This document shows, one piece after another, positions 28,551-42,917 of a stretch of DNA of 64,000 nt. The stretch spans positions 1,302,001 to 1,366,000 of the forward strand of contig NC_043000.1 in assembly GCF_006345805.1 (NCBI RefSeq), in the 5' to 3' direction. Position 1 is the stretch's first letter. Every line of letters starts with the position of its first letter. The notes under the pieces were generated by a model. The model was not told the origin of the DNA and did no database searches. It saw nothing but the letters and a program-made list of their open reading frames with translations. This DNA is from Octopus sinensis. Lineage: Eukaryota. Made by a program: the position numbers and the translations under genes.

Positions 28551-28585
<35 letters not shown>

Positions 28586-28620
28586 TATATCAAAAGACGT
28601 TTATATATAAATATGTGTGT

Positions 28621-28651
<31 letters not shown>

Positions 28652-28759
28652 CTGTATACACATATAGACACATACATATATACATGTAAATATGTATATA
28701 GATACATATATATATCTCTGTATATACACACATATATATACATGTAAGTATGTATATAG

Positions 28760-28838
<79 letters not shown>

Positions 28839-28905
28839 CATACCCGATGAGAGTGGGAGTGATACGTAGCATATACCTCACCTTATTTCTCACGTTACAT
28901 ATACG

Positions 28906-28964
<59 letters not shown>

Positions 28965-29369
28965 TGGGGGAGAGGGTGTGAATGAGAGGCAGGCAGACGT
29001 TGAGTTAAGGGAAGTATATTATGTGTCACTCTCACCTGTTATATATAGTTTGTTATATTTAAAATATATCTATATATAGGATGTTATTCTCTCACGTTCA
29101 ATATATATACACATACATACACACACATAAATATAGTGAAAGTGTGTGAATACTTGAAAATATATAAATATATTTGCATGGATTCTATTTTAGTACTGAG
29201 TTTCCATATTAAAACGGGTGTGTCCCATTTGGAATTTTAACTATCGAATTGTATTATTTCTGTGAAGTGTGGTGAGAACACGTGAGTTTGTGTATTGGTA
29301 TATATGTGTTCTGTATGCATGTGTGACTAATGTGTGTGTGTATGCATATGTATGTACGTATAAGTGTGC

Positions 29370-29451
<82 letters not shown>

Positions 29452-29693
29452 ACATATATATATATATATATACATACATACACGCATACATTCACAGCCA
29501 TTGATCATATATAACGTTAGAAGTACGTACAAAAAATAGTTAAACTTTTTCAAATAAGTTATATATATATAATGTAAAAGATATATTGCAAATACACAAA
29601 CGGACTGAAGACAGACACAGAAAGTCCCCAATTCTTCATCAGTTATCAACCAGATGGTATAACTGAGTTTCGCACCATTAATGATAAATATGC

Positions 29694-29754
<61 letters not shown>

Positions 29755-29819
29755 GCCATGCTTGATCGCTAAATTTGCAAGTGTTTTTTTTAATTCTCTC
29801 ACTGTATATTTTCTCTTAT

Positions 29820-29895
29820 TCCTTTTTGATGAAGAGCGTAAGCTCGAAACGTAAAGGACTTTCTCACTTTCCCGAACGTCAAACTAATACAGTTG
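29820..29895 (+). ncRNA. degenerate minimal type-I hammerhead ribozyme motif (Penelope-like repeat)
   Basis: tccttt-TTGATGA-a-GAGC gtaa GCTC-GAAA-CGT-aaagga. Downstream tcaaactaatac is shared with the 26455 copy. Confidence 0.5.
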
Positions 29896-31691
29896 CTTAT
29901 TGTTCATACACCATTATGATGGTAATTGTTTCCACTTTAGGTACAAGGCCAGCAATTTTAAAGGAAGGGAGATTTGTCGGTGACATCGACCTTAGTTTTA
30001 CACTGCCATTTTATTTTGACGACCCCAGACTGGTTAATTAAAGGCATATGTGATCTTGACAGGGGTTTGAGCTCGGGAACCGTAACGAAATATGCAAGGC
30101 TTTTTTATAGGAAAAGATCAACCTCATAAGATGATTTGGGTCATCTTATAGAAAACCTGGGTCACCCTGACACAGAAAGCCATACTCCGTTCACGCCAAC
30201 TTAAGAAGTTGAAATAATAATTATGGTTTTAACAAATTTGTATCGCTTTGGGCATGCCTGGGTGTTTAAGATGTTCGCTTCGCAGTCAAGTCTTGAGACC
30301 GTAGGTTCGACCCCACCACGTGAGTGCCTTTACTATAGCTGAGGCCGACCCGAGGCTTGTGAATGAAATTTGCGTAGCGTGAACCGTGAAGATACACGTC
30401 TGATGGACTGCATCTGTTATTCAAAAGTCCATCTTTGTTATACATTGGAGTCGCACTGATTCTTCCCGAGGATTACATTATGGCTAAACGTGTCTACGGA
30501 ATACTCAGCCACTTGATGCGTTAATTCAGTGCGTGTGCCATTGGTCGGTTAGCTTTTTTTATGTACATATATCGAAATCAATAAGAGAGCCTGGTCGAGA
30601 AAATGGAATACAGTCCGTAATGCAGTAAAGCATGAAAAAACTAATAAGAAAAGCTTATGTAATGAAGGAAAAAAACATTATCTCAATGACTATGATGTCT
30701 CATTTTTGGCATAAAGCCAGAATTTTGAGGAGAGGGTGCAAGTCGGTTACATCGATCCAGTGCTCAACTGATATTTATTTTATCGACCCCCTAGAGACTG
30801 AGAAGCAAAGTTGACCTCGTCGGAATTTGAACTCAGAACGTAACGAATTGGAAGAAATGTTTGCAAATCATTTTTTTTTCCTCCAGCGCTTTAACAATTC
30901 TCCCAGCTCATCACCTTCACAAGGATTAGTATTATTCTGTGATGTAACCCGGGGCAGCCTTTGAGTCTGTCGCGCTTCCTTGGCAAATACAGCTTATATG
31001 GGCTTATGCAGCAGGCTCAAAAGTGCCGCCCCTCTATTGATATTATTTTAATCATTTCGACAAGTACGGGAGGCAACTGTAGACCGACATGTTTCGCTCT
31101 TATTAGACATCGTCAGCCAAGCATAAACTACAAACCGCTGAAGTGAAGTAACCCTCTTCATCCTCTTATTGAACGCATCCCTTGACCACGTATTCCCTTG
31201 ACCCCCTAGTATTCAGATCACTCAATCAAATGTAATGCTTATTTATTGGTCGTCTATTTTTTGAATGACATTGCAGGGTAAGTGTGAAAAACCCTAAACA
31301 CAAACCACAACGTCCTTAAACAGTTCGTGAAATGCAAGGGCCGTAAGAAATTACAATTTGATAATTCACCACTCACAATAAAAAAGAATGTCTGTGAGAA
31401 AGAGGAGGGATAAAGAAGCAGACAGACAGATAGACAGTCAGAGACAGGGAACACAAGCATTAGCCCTGGAAACAAACCACTGTTATCGTCTGCAAAAATT
31501 GATTGATTGATTCGATTTTGTGTTTTTAATATATTTTTTAAGTTGCAGGCTTCTTTATACCAGACAGTACTGTTTATTCTTCTGTAGTATTGCGTAATAG
31601 TGGTGGTGATGGCCATAGTTTTTGCTAGCAGTGATGGTAGTGGTTAGTAATGGCGGTTGTTAGTAATGGCGGTGATTGAGATGGTCTTGTC

Positions 31692-31723
<32 letters not shown>

Positions 31724-31836
31724 GACTAATGGTGGGGGTGGGGGTTAATGGCGATGGTGGTGGTGGTGGTGACGGTGGCGGCGATGGCTGCGTTAGCAAT
31801 GGTGATATAAGCCGATGGTGGTGGTTTTAGTAATGG

Positions 31837-31867
<31 letters not shown>

Positions 31868-33230
31868 GGTAAGCCTTCTGAGTCACTGTTCAACATGTGA
31901 CTTGGCACGAGTAAAGGACAGTCGCCTTCTTCCTATGTATTGCGTATGTATTGCGTGCTTGTATGTGTATGTGTATGTGTGTGTGTGTGCGTGTTTGAAT
32001 GTGTTGGTTGTGTATGTGTGTGTGTGTATATGTGTGTTTGTGTGTGTGTGGTATGTGCGTAACTAACTGATAAACGTGATGTTGGTTTAAGTCCAAACGG
32101 AAAACATGCCAAAATAATTAATCACAAACACGAACCACGCTACACACACACACACACACACCACACACACACATATATATATATGTGATACAATCACGCA
32201 TAGACACACGCTTACACACACATTCACACACACACACACATATACACACGAACGCTCAGACGCACACGCACATTCTTTAACCCATTATGAAAGGGGATCA
32301 GACCATAGATTTAGTTCAGGTTACATAATACATGTGTGTGTATATATGTATATATATACACACACACACGCGCGCACGCAACGCGCTATATGTGTAATGT
32401 AATATATGTATATATATATATAGATATATATATAGATTATGAGAGAGGGAGTAGAGAGATATATATAAACACACACACACGTATGATACTACACACGATA
32501 CTTATAGGTATATGTGTGTATATATTATATATACATTAAACAATACATATAGATACATAGAGAGAGAAACATACACACCATACATACACACATGTATTAC
32601 ATACACACACAAGCATATATATATATATATATATATATATAAACACACACATATACAATACATATACATACACACAAGCATATATATATATATATAACGC
32701 ATACACACACATGTAAAAATACATATACATACACACAAGTATATATATATATATATAATATATATATATTAAGCACACACACATACATAAAAATACATAG
32801 ACACACACACAAGCATATATATATATATATATATATCACACACACATACATGCTATATAAATATACTTGTACATATATACACATACTGGAGTGCGTGTCT
32901 GTGTGTGTGTGTCGTATGTGTGTGGTGTGTGTCTGTATGTGTGTGTCTGTAGTGTGTGTGTGTCTGTATGTGTGTGTAAGCACACTGTACACACACATGT
33001 GTGTGTGTCAAGTCACTGTGGTGTCTGTGTGTCTGTGTCTGTATGTATGTGTGTGTGTATGTATGTATGTATGTGTGTGTGTCTGTACACACACAACATG
33101 TGTGTATATGGTGTGTCTTGTGTCTGGTGTGTCACATGTGTGGGTGTGTCTGTGTGTGTGTCTGTATGTGTGCATGCGTGTGTGTTTAAGTTGTTTGTGT
33201 AGAATTTTCTGTATGTGGGTGAGTATTAAA

Positions 33231-33263
33231 GTCACGTCTGACATCACATGTGGTGACACGTGA
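33231..33263. promoter_or_regulatory. tandem E-box pair CACATG-N6-CACGTG plus TCACGT half site
   Basis: CACATG at 33245-50, spacer tggtga, CACGTG at 33257-62. The 6-bp spacing resembles the E1-E2 tandem E-box of CLK/CYC and CLOCK/BMAL1 targets. Confidence 0.5.
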
Positions 33264-34202
33264 GGGCTGCTGCTGTTGAGTAATGCACTCCCTTGCTTTT
33301 CACTCACTCTCTCTCTTACTCTTTCCTCACTCACTCGTCAGTCACTGCTTTCCGTTTCTTCCTTTTCTGTTATCTCTCTTTCTCTTCTCTCTCTTTCTTC
33401 TCTTTCTCCTTCCCCCCTCTTCCTCTCTCTCAAGCACTTCGTTTGTCCGTGTGCGTGCGTGCCTGTCTGTGTGTTTGCGTGTGTCTGTGTGTTTGCGTGT
33501 TTTCTGTTGCACTCAAAGTCGCCTTCAACTGTAATATGTATGTATGTGTGTGTGTGTGTGTGTGTGAGGGTGTTAGCGATAAGGCTTACACCATCATCAG
33601 CATCATCATCATCATCTTCATCATGATCATTACCATCATCACGTTTATTTCTGGAATATCTGCTCAACACACACAGATATTACAATCGTAGAAACTCACA
33701 CGCATACACACACACACACACACACACATTTACAGACAGCCATAGACACTCACTCACATACAGACACACACACACAGATACATACATACACACGTACACA
33801 TTATTGATGTCTGACATTACACGTGTTGTGTCACACTTTTTCAGATTTTGTCATGTGTATGTGTGTGTGGGTGGGTGTGCATGAAACCGCGAATATGTGT
33901 ATATGTGTGTACTAGTATGCGTATGTGTACGTACACAAATACATACAACTATACATACACATTTACACATTATATATTATATTTGTTTTGTAATACAAAC
34001 AAATGGATTTTAATAAAAAAAAGAATAAAAACATATTTATATATTTCTTTATTAGCTGTAATGTAATGCTAACTACGTAACTCGGGGACTTGAGTTACGT
34101 GTATGGCATTTTCAAACTTTGAAAAGTTTGATGTCATAACCGACACGCTGGGCTCTTCCGTTGCTTATAGGACTGTACACACACACCACACACACACACA
34201 CA

Positions 34203-34243
<41 letters not shown>

Positions 34244-36606
34244 ACACACACACACACACCACACACACACACACATGTATGTAGGTGTGTATATATATAT
34301 ATTATATAAGAAAAATCAAAACCAAGGCAGAACGAGTATCTCAATTCATTTAAAATAATTTAAATAGGGTATGGTGAATTTGAAGTCTTTACAGCCGTTT
34401 CTGGGATTACCCAACTGTTAAGTATTCCGTCGTCAGTGCAAATCTACCACTTGGGTTATCCCAGAAACGGTAGGTAGGCAGGTAGATAGATAGATATTCA
34501 ATGGGTTTCCACCTAGTTTATGTCTACCAAATTCACTTACAAAGCATTGATTAGCCTGAAATCAAAGTTGAAGACACTTGCCCAAAATTTCTGAACATTG
34601 GGAGTGAACCTGAAAACACACACTACTAAAGAGAACTTTGTAACCACACAGCCATGCATGCGCTTATATGTTAGCAAGCTGTGTGTGTGTGTGTGTGTGT
34701 GTGTTGGAACATACATATTAGTATTAGAATTGCTAAGTGATAAAGAAGAAGAGAGATGGAAAAGGAAATAGATATATACATACATTACACTGACAGACAG
34801 ACAGACATTTAAGATAATACAACGTGACTTTTTTTTCCCCCCCCCTTTTTTTTCACACATTTAATACCATTATAAAAAAATTCTGTTGCCATTCTGTGCA
34901 AATTGTGTATTGTCAGTTAATAAGCTACTTAAAATATTATTTGTTTAATTACTTCAAACTATTATTTTTGGTATTTATATGACATGTGACTTTTTTTTTC
35001 CTCTGTTTTTCCTAAACAAAATTGTGACTTTTTAGTGATAATTTTTTTTATTTCCCTGTGTTCTTAATTCCGTCCATGCTGTTGTGTTGAACATGACATA
35101 AAAAAACTAACTTCAGGCTATCTCTGTACATGATAAAACTAAAACTTCCTTTAATCTTTGTTTATTTGGTTTCCAAAACAAACAAACAAAAATATGCAGC
35201 CACCTTTCAGAAAAAGATTTATATTGTTTGGTGAACATGAGGCACTCACTTAGCACACCCTGAACATATATATACATATATATATATATATGGCAGATAG
35301 ATATATATATGGCGGAAGAGAGACAGAGAGGGGTTGAACTTTGGCCAGTATCAGAAAATGTCCAAAACTCAAAAGTTTGTGTTAAACACTACATATGCAA
35401 AATGTTATGAAACACTGGGAAAATTTCTGAGTAATATACAGCTGTTACAGACCATGAACTGGACCTTTAGCCATTAGGAGTAGCCTCATGTACTCTTGTT
35501 TAGGCTTTATCAATCAAATTACATTGCCAATGGGTTATTGTTAACTGCCATTATAGCAACTCCATGGTACATGCCTTATGTATAAGAAAAAGCTAAAGTG
35601 CTTGTGTGTATCAATTCCACATTCAGTTCTCACCACTGATGTCCTGATCCATACTGATATACTGCTTTGCCGTCTGGAGCAAGTTACTTAGCAGATGCTT
35701 CTCAAAGTGTCTACACTTCCTGAAAATCTCTAATCTGGTAATGAAATAGAGTTCTGGCTGTACAAGCTCGTAATGATTTGTCTTTTCTCTGCTTGACTTC
35801 TCCTAGTTATAAAAAATCCTTCTTGAATGGGACTGTCTATAGTTACTAGAACCAGTCTGACCCCAAAGAGCTTTGTAAACAAGCATCTTACCATAAAAAG
35901 AATTTTGCTGCAAGAAAATCCAACAGAGAAGGCTACTGAAGCTGATAACTTGGGAAAAGTTAAGCTATAAATTAGTAAAAACAGTCAGTGACAAGAACTA
36001 AGTTTGAATTTTCAAACTCAGATTTTGAATAGCCTTAAACCACCAAAATCCCCTCCACATAAATTAACACTGCATCTTGAAACATTGAACATATTCCTTC
36101 AATCTAAATCCTTTAAAAATTTTTCTATGGCAAAAAGACTTGCTCTGATATCTGATGGTCACAATCTATTAAAAATATTTGCTGCTGGGGATGCTTCTTG
36201 GCATGATTCTGACTTTCAGAATACCTCTGAGAACAACTGATTTGCTATCTGTATTGAAAAGGCTTCAACTCCTTGTCAAATTCAGATTTGTAATGATTGT
36301 TAATAAATCTCAAGGTTAACTATGGTAAAACAAGGGATGAACCTGAGGGATCCTGTCTTTTCACATGTCGGCTTCAAGATTTAGCAACACAACACTAATA
36401 TCCTTTTTATCATAGCACCGCAGGACAAAATCATAAATATGGTTTATTCTGAGATGATGGTATAAAAGAAAATAAGCAAACAAGAAAATTTTTAAAGATC
36501 TTGTTTTTTTTTTCAGTTAAATAGTCTCTAATGTCTGCCAAAACCTGCAAATTTTACTTGCAGTTACTTTGACCCAATCACTGGGAATCACCATGTAATT
36601 CTATCA

Positions 36607-36646
<40 letters not shown>

Positions 36647-36746
36647 CTCTATTAGTGTGTATATATATTTATATATATATATATTAGAATATATATATAA
36701 ATGTATGTATGTATGTATATATATATGTATGTATGTATGTATGTAT

Positions 36747-36779
<33 letters not shown>

Positions 36780-36978
36780 TTATGTATACATACATACACA
36801 CACATATACCGTTGCTTCATTGCAACTTGTTGGAATGTTGATGTTCTCTGCGAGCTGCTCTGTAATCTGTTCCAAAAATGATATGCGTCAAAACAAAAAT
36901 AGCTACAGAGGTATGTTATGATTTTGCTTCGAAACAACAATAAGACTAAACACACAAGGAAAAACTATATATACATAC

Positions 36979-37021
<43 letters not shown>

Positions 37022-38271
37022 ATTATATATATATATATATATAATATATATATATATATATAATAGTATATTGTTCCATGAAGGTAATATCAGCAAAATT
37101 GTACTTCAACTGGTGAGAGATGAATATCATTTAATAAACACGGTATATATTTTTATGAGCTGCTAATAGTTTTAGCATTTTATAACATGTCTGGTGCCTT
37201 TACACAAATAATGTTTGTGTGCATGTATGTATGTATATTATGTATATATATATTTATATATATATATATATGTATATGTGTGTGTGTCTATATATATACA
37301 GACATACACATACATATGTAGAGAGACAGACAGACAGCTAAATAGATATATATCTAACTATATATTATGTGTGTATGTGTGTGTACCATCATTTCTTCTT
37401 TCTTTGCACCCTTTTGAAGCCTAGCCAGGCTCATGGGCCCGGTTTCCCAATTTCTATGGCGTATGTGTTCCCCTGCTGGACGGGACACCAGTCCATCGCA
37501 GCATTACTCATTTTTGCCAGCTGAGTGGACTGGAGCAACGTGAAATAAAGTCTTTTGATCAAGAACACAGCTCGTCGCCCGGTCCAGGAATCGAAACCAC
37601 AATCGTACGATCATGGTGCTGACACCCTAACCACTAAGCCACGCGCCTCCACGTGTACCGTCATTAGTTCATCATTAATATCATTAATGTATGCTGTTTT
37701 TCATATTGGTATGGGTTACATGTCTAAGCCACAGTTCTTATAGATACAGAAGAAGAATGTACCTTGCTTATTCATTTTGTTTTGGGCTTGATTTCTACAT
37801 CTATCTCCAACCTCTTCACAGAATGTACTGGTGCATTTTATCATGGTGCCTGAACTAGGACAGATATGTCCTGACAGGATAGGGCTAAAAGAGTGTGTCT
37901 GTGTGTCTGTGTGTGTGCACAGAATGGGAAACCTGAAGCAAACAGAAGTACCACCACCACCAACAACAGCAATAACACAAATAAAACACACCCAGTACGT
38001 TTTGTCGAAAAGTTGGTCATAGGCAGAGCATCCAGTTGTAGAAACCAGGCCACAAACGTAAACGTATGAGCAAGACGTAGTTATCTAACCCATCAGTGAG
38101 GGCAGTTGGCACATAGCATGATAATTCATGTAACCCATACCAGCTTGAGAAGCTCAAATGACCTTCAAATGAGCAAGCTTAGATGTAAACAAAGACAGGC
38201 ACACACATGCATGTGCACACACACACACACACACATAAAAATATATTTATACATATGTGTAATATATATTC

Positions 38272-38311
<40 letters not shown>

Positions 38312-41215
38312 CTTGTACGTAGGTAAACAGAGAAGTTAAACAGGCAGACGGATATTAAATGTTATGGTAGTGGTGGTTATTCAAAAATATCTGACATGTA
38401 TATGTGAGTGTGTGTGTGTGTATGTTTGTTTGTGTATGTGTGTGTATACCTGTGTATGTGTTTTCTCTTCTATTTTTAATTCTTTGAAAATCTTCCTGTA
38501 AGGAAAGAACTTGTTTCTAACAAAAAATATAAACCTCCATCATTGAAATATAAATAACAAAAACAATGTCACATTTCAAACTTGAGAAAAGTCTTGTATA
38601 TTTTTACTGTTCTATTATTTCCAGATCGAATTTGTAATATTCATGTAATATAGCTGGTCAATTTCTTTTTCCGAAAACCCCTAGCTTATCCAGATTGTCA
38701 CTTAAGCAAAACCAAGTGCACCAATTATTATTGGCATAACTCTTTTACTCTTTTACTTTGTAACAGTCATTTGACTGTGGCCATGCTTGAGCACTGCCTT
38801 TAGTCAAGCAAATTGACCCCAGGACTTATTCTTTATAAGCCTAGTACTAATTCTATCGGTGTCTTTTACCGAACTGCTAAGTTACAGGGATGTAAACACA
38901 CCAGCATTGGTTATCACACAGACACTTATAGATATACTTATAAGCCTGGTGTTTACCTCATGTAGAACTTCTACACATAGTGGCTATTTGAAAATTGAAA
39001 AGGGGAAGCTCCCTTATGAAGCCATTGACCCAATAAAAAGAAAATCCACAAGTCACCCGTACAGTATATATATTAAAAACATCAAAGAATAAAGTTAGTG
39101 ATTTTACTTTTAATACGTTGTTTACAAATGTTTCATCAGTTCACATTTTAACCAATCTTGCATCATGTTCATTCACATGTTAGCAATTATTGATCCAATC
39201 TTATGCATGGTGTAAATGTGTTTTTGCAGTGCATGGGACTAAATCAATAATTGCTGACAAGCTAACAAATATGACAAAAGATTGGTTAAAATGCATTTTG
39301 ATGAAACAATTGTAAATGATATAATAAAAGTGATATTGTTAACTCCATTCTTCAATGTTTTTATTACATATACATATATATGCACACACATATCATTATT
39401 GTCATCATATCATCCTGTGTCCCTGTCCCCTGTCTATTCAGAAACCAACCACCAATGTATTTACTTATTTTTCTAGATTTTCCTTCAGTGAAAGGATGGT
39501 CCGAAAACACAAATGTTCCAGGTGAGCAAAACTATTATCACTTGGCAATACGTGTGTGTTTGTCTGCCTTTAAGTGCGTGTGCATGCATATATGTGCACA
39601 CCTCGTCACTAGCTGTATTTGCCTGCTAGAAGTTCAAATGATGGGCAGTGTATTTCTTAAAATGTTTTTTTTTTTTTTGCTATCTTTGACCATGTATCAA
39701 TCTACCATATACACACAGACACACATGCAAACTGACGCAAATGCACACGCACACATATGTGTGTGTCAATATATAGAGATATCATCATCATCATTGTTCG
39801 ACCGTGGTCGAGACTTTCATAGTCTTTTCAAATGGCTAATAATGTGTGCGCGCGCCACTACTACACATAGAGATATACCAGAGTAAGCACATAAATGCGA
39901 AACAACATGGGGAAAATAGTACTCGAATACCGGAGGCAGAGTAATATGCTTTATTAAAAAGCAGCAAAAATATCATAAAAACTATCATTCAGACTTTCAT
40001 GTTCCCGTTCATTGGACAGTTTTGTTTCTAAAATACAACATGTAAGCTTTTTAGCACATTCAGCACAATCCGCTGACCCTTTCACTTCAAATATTCCATG
40101 CCTTCACATTATTGGGGATCACACTGCATGTCTCAGAAATGCAAAACCTTTTTGTATGTTAGTCTCAGCATGTTGCCTTTCTTCTTTATTCACTTATTTT
40201 CATGTATGCTTATTTTGTTTCTGTTTCTTGTGGTGGTCATAAGTGAGGTAGGCAAGGTAAACAATATCCATCATATGTGACAAATGTATATTTTCATTAT
40301 GATTTCACTTCTCCCTGTTCAGTGTTTGTAGCTATTGCACTTAGTTATTTACATCGATATTAGCTAAAATCAACACCAAAAAAATTGCAAGTGAAACGTG
40401 TCAAGTAATCTACTTCAACGAATTGATTTCTTTATTATGCATCAACACCTACAGACCGATATATTTGCCTTATCTGAACACCAACTACACACCCCTCAAA
40501 TGACTACACACCCCTCAAGCATCACTTTCCCTTCAGGTCTTGTGGTCCTATGAGTCGAACAGGAAATGTGTATTTAGTGATGAGGAGAAAGTTGCTTTTG
40601 ATAGGGTCACAGACTGTGACAAAACGATTTTGACAGACTAACTGATTAACCAATTGCTCGATTGATAGTAAAACTGAAGTGAAACATAACCAGTGTGTGT
40701 TCTTTTATTGGCTATATGCCCCACACAAAATACAACATGTAAGCTTTTTAGCACATTCAGCACAATCCACTGAGCCTTCACTTCAAACTACTAGCTTGTC
40801 CATCTTTTCTCTCCAACAATTAGCCTATAACACTTCAAGCAGGAACATCGACACCACACTTATACCACCACATATACACATCTTATCACTTTACTCTAGA
40901 CTAGGAAAGCTGAAAATATGCTAAGGTCTGTTCCTTCTTCTGAAAGTGGACTGATATTTTGTACATTTTTTTTTTTTTTCCAAATGAGACTTGATATTTT
41001 ATATAAATGATGATATGTGTATCATATTTTATTAAGACAGCCATTTTTTAGGGGATGCTTTTGCAGCAGATTAGGTGTTAAAAAGGGACCGAGAAAGATC
41101 ATGTGTGATCTTAATATTTTAATATGCTTTCAGAATCAGTTTTACAACCCTGCAGGACAGTGTTATTATTGTTGTTTTAGTTTACCTCACTATATTTCGA
41201 TTGTTGTTGTTGTTG

Positions 41216-41256
<41 letters not shown>

Positions 41257-42196
41257 GAGTGAAAGAGCAGTGCATGCCATCAAAGTGATACTGGGGTGAA
41301 ATATACAAAGCCCAGTGTACCCATCATGACTACCCGTCTGATAAGGGTAAACCAGGCACTTTGCATCAAAACCATATGTGCGCGACATGGTGATCTCATA
41401 TCAAGATAAACAGCGTATGACCTTGCAGGTGGGGCCCAGTTAGAATTTTCTTCTGGTTGAGTAGCCCTTCCCGCTCAAGATGTTCCTGAATAAGGGTTGC
41501 TTAAGGATGTTGAACGAACCACCTGTTACCAAAGGTGAATTATCCAAACCCCAAAGAATTCCTTTCAACACACAACTATGATGTTCCCCCACTACTTCTG
41601 CTTGTGATCAGAGATGCACATATTGTCAGCCACAACTGGTTAATGTCAAACAACTGACAGGCAAATCTGTGGTATTGAGCAGAATATTTGCTGTAGCCCA
41701 TCTTTTATACCAAGACAAAACAATGTACATGATAACTCTTGGTACGAAGCCATGAGAGCCACTGCCTGGTACTGCATATCATCATTATTATTATTATTAT
41801 TATCCGATTGATTTGCATTTTATTTCATCTACTGACTGGGTCTCAATCAGAGACCTAAGGCATGATTGATTGATTGATTGATTGATTCTAGTTTCAGCTC
41901 ATGAGCTGTGGCCATGCTGGGGCATCGCCATTTGGTGTTGCTACATGGTTTTACTTCACGAATGCTTTTTAGCAACTGCCATTTGGTGCATGAGAGAGTT
42001 CGATGCAGCTGCCCTCATCTGCACCTCCTGCCGTGAAGTTGGTTCATCTGGGACACCTGCATGTGTATATTAGATGGAAAGAAACTTTCTGAGAATCTGG
42101 GTGGTTGATGTCAACGCAGTTTTTTTATTATCGTTGTTGTTGTTGTTGTTACTATTATTATCATTATTATTATTATTGTTATTATTATTATTTCAG

Positions 42197-42272
42197 CCCT
42201 TTAAATTTTGCTACATCCGTTGAAGATTACGAGATGCATGGGCCTCCAACTAAAAAGCCAAAAACGCCAAGG
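42197..42272 (+). CDS. cwo: cwo-like exon 2 (PLNFATSVEDYEMHGPPTKKPKTPR)
   Basis: tttcag| acceptor and AGG|gtaagt donor. Phase-0 end joins DPMSHR. LNF...K..R-DP pattern precedes the basic region as in CWO. Confidence 0.85.
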
Positions 42273-42471
42273 GTAAGTTATCTTTTAATTCAGACACTTA
42301 ATAATTTTCAAAAGAAGTTTACTTGCCCTCTGTGGCTTTTGTGGTAGCTTCACCCAGATACCATAGTAACATCACTCTATTGTTATACCAATAGAGTGCT
42401 TTTGTCTTATTATATACTGTACTTAAGGTAATTAAGTTGGCAAGCTGGTAGAATTGTTACCACAGGTTATA

Positions 42472-42917
42472 GGCACAGGAGTGGCTGTGTGGTAAGTAGC
42501 TTGCTTACCAACCACAGGGTTCTGGGTTCAGTCCCACTGCGTGGCATATTGGGCAAGTGTCTTCTACTATAGCCTCGGGCCAACCAAAGCCTTGTGAGTG
42601 GATTTGGTAGACAGAAACTGAAAGAAGCCCATCATATATATATATATGTATATATGTATGTATATATGTATATATGTGTGTGTGCGTGTGTGTATGTGTA
42701 TATGTTTGTGTGTCTGTGTTTGTCCCCCCCCCCCAACATCGCTTGACAACCAATGCTGGTGTGTTTATGTCACCCGTCACTTAGCAGTTCAGCAAAAAGA
42801 GGCCGATAGAATAGGTACTAGGCTTACAAAGATTCCTGGGGTCGATTTGCTCGACTAAAGGCGGTGCTCCAGCATGGCCTCTGTCAAATGACTGAAACAA
42901 GTAGAAGAGTAAAAGAA
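42472..42917 (+). mobile_element. SINE family A copy (intron 2)
   Basis: Full head to tail, with several CpG to TpG/CpA changes relative to upstream copies. Confidence 0.85.

Noticed and set aside
27144-34360. Many YI/CV/HT-repeat ORFs (also 17-20 kb, 36.5-37.4 kb, 48.8-50.3 kb, 55.8-56.4 kb)
   Set aside because: Dinucleotide microsatellite translations.
35340-36540. Possible old LINE on the minus strand (GIPQGS-like near 36340-36360)
   Set aside because: Too degraded to give boundaries or a family with confidence.
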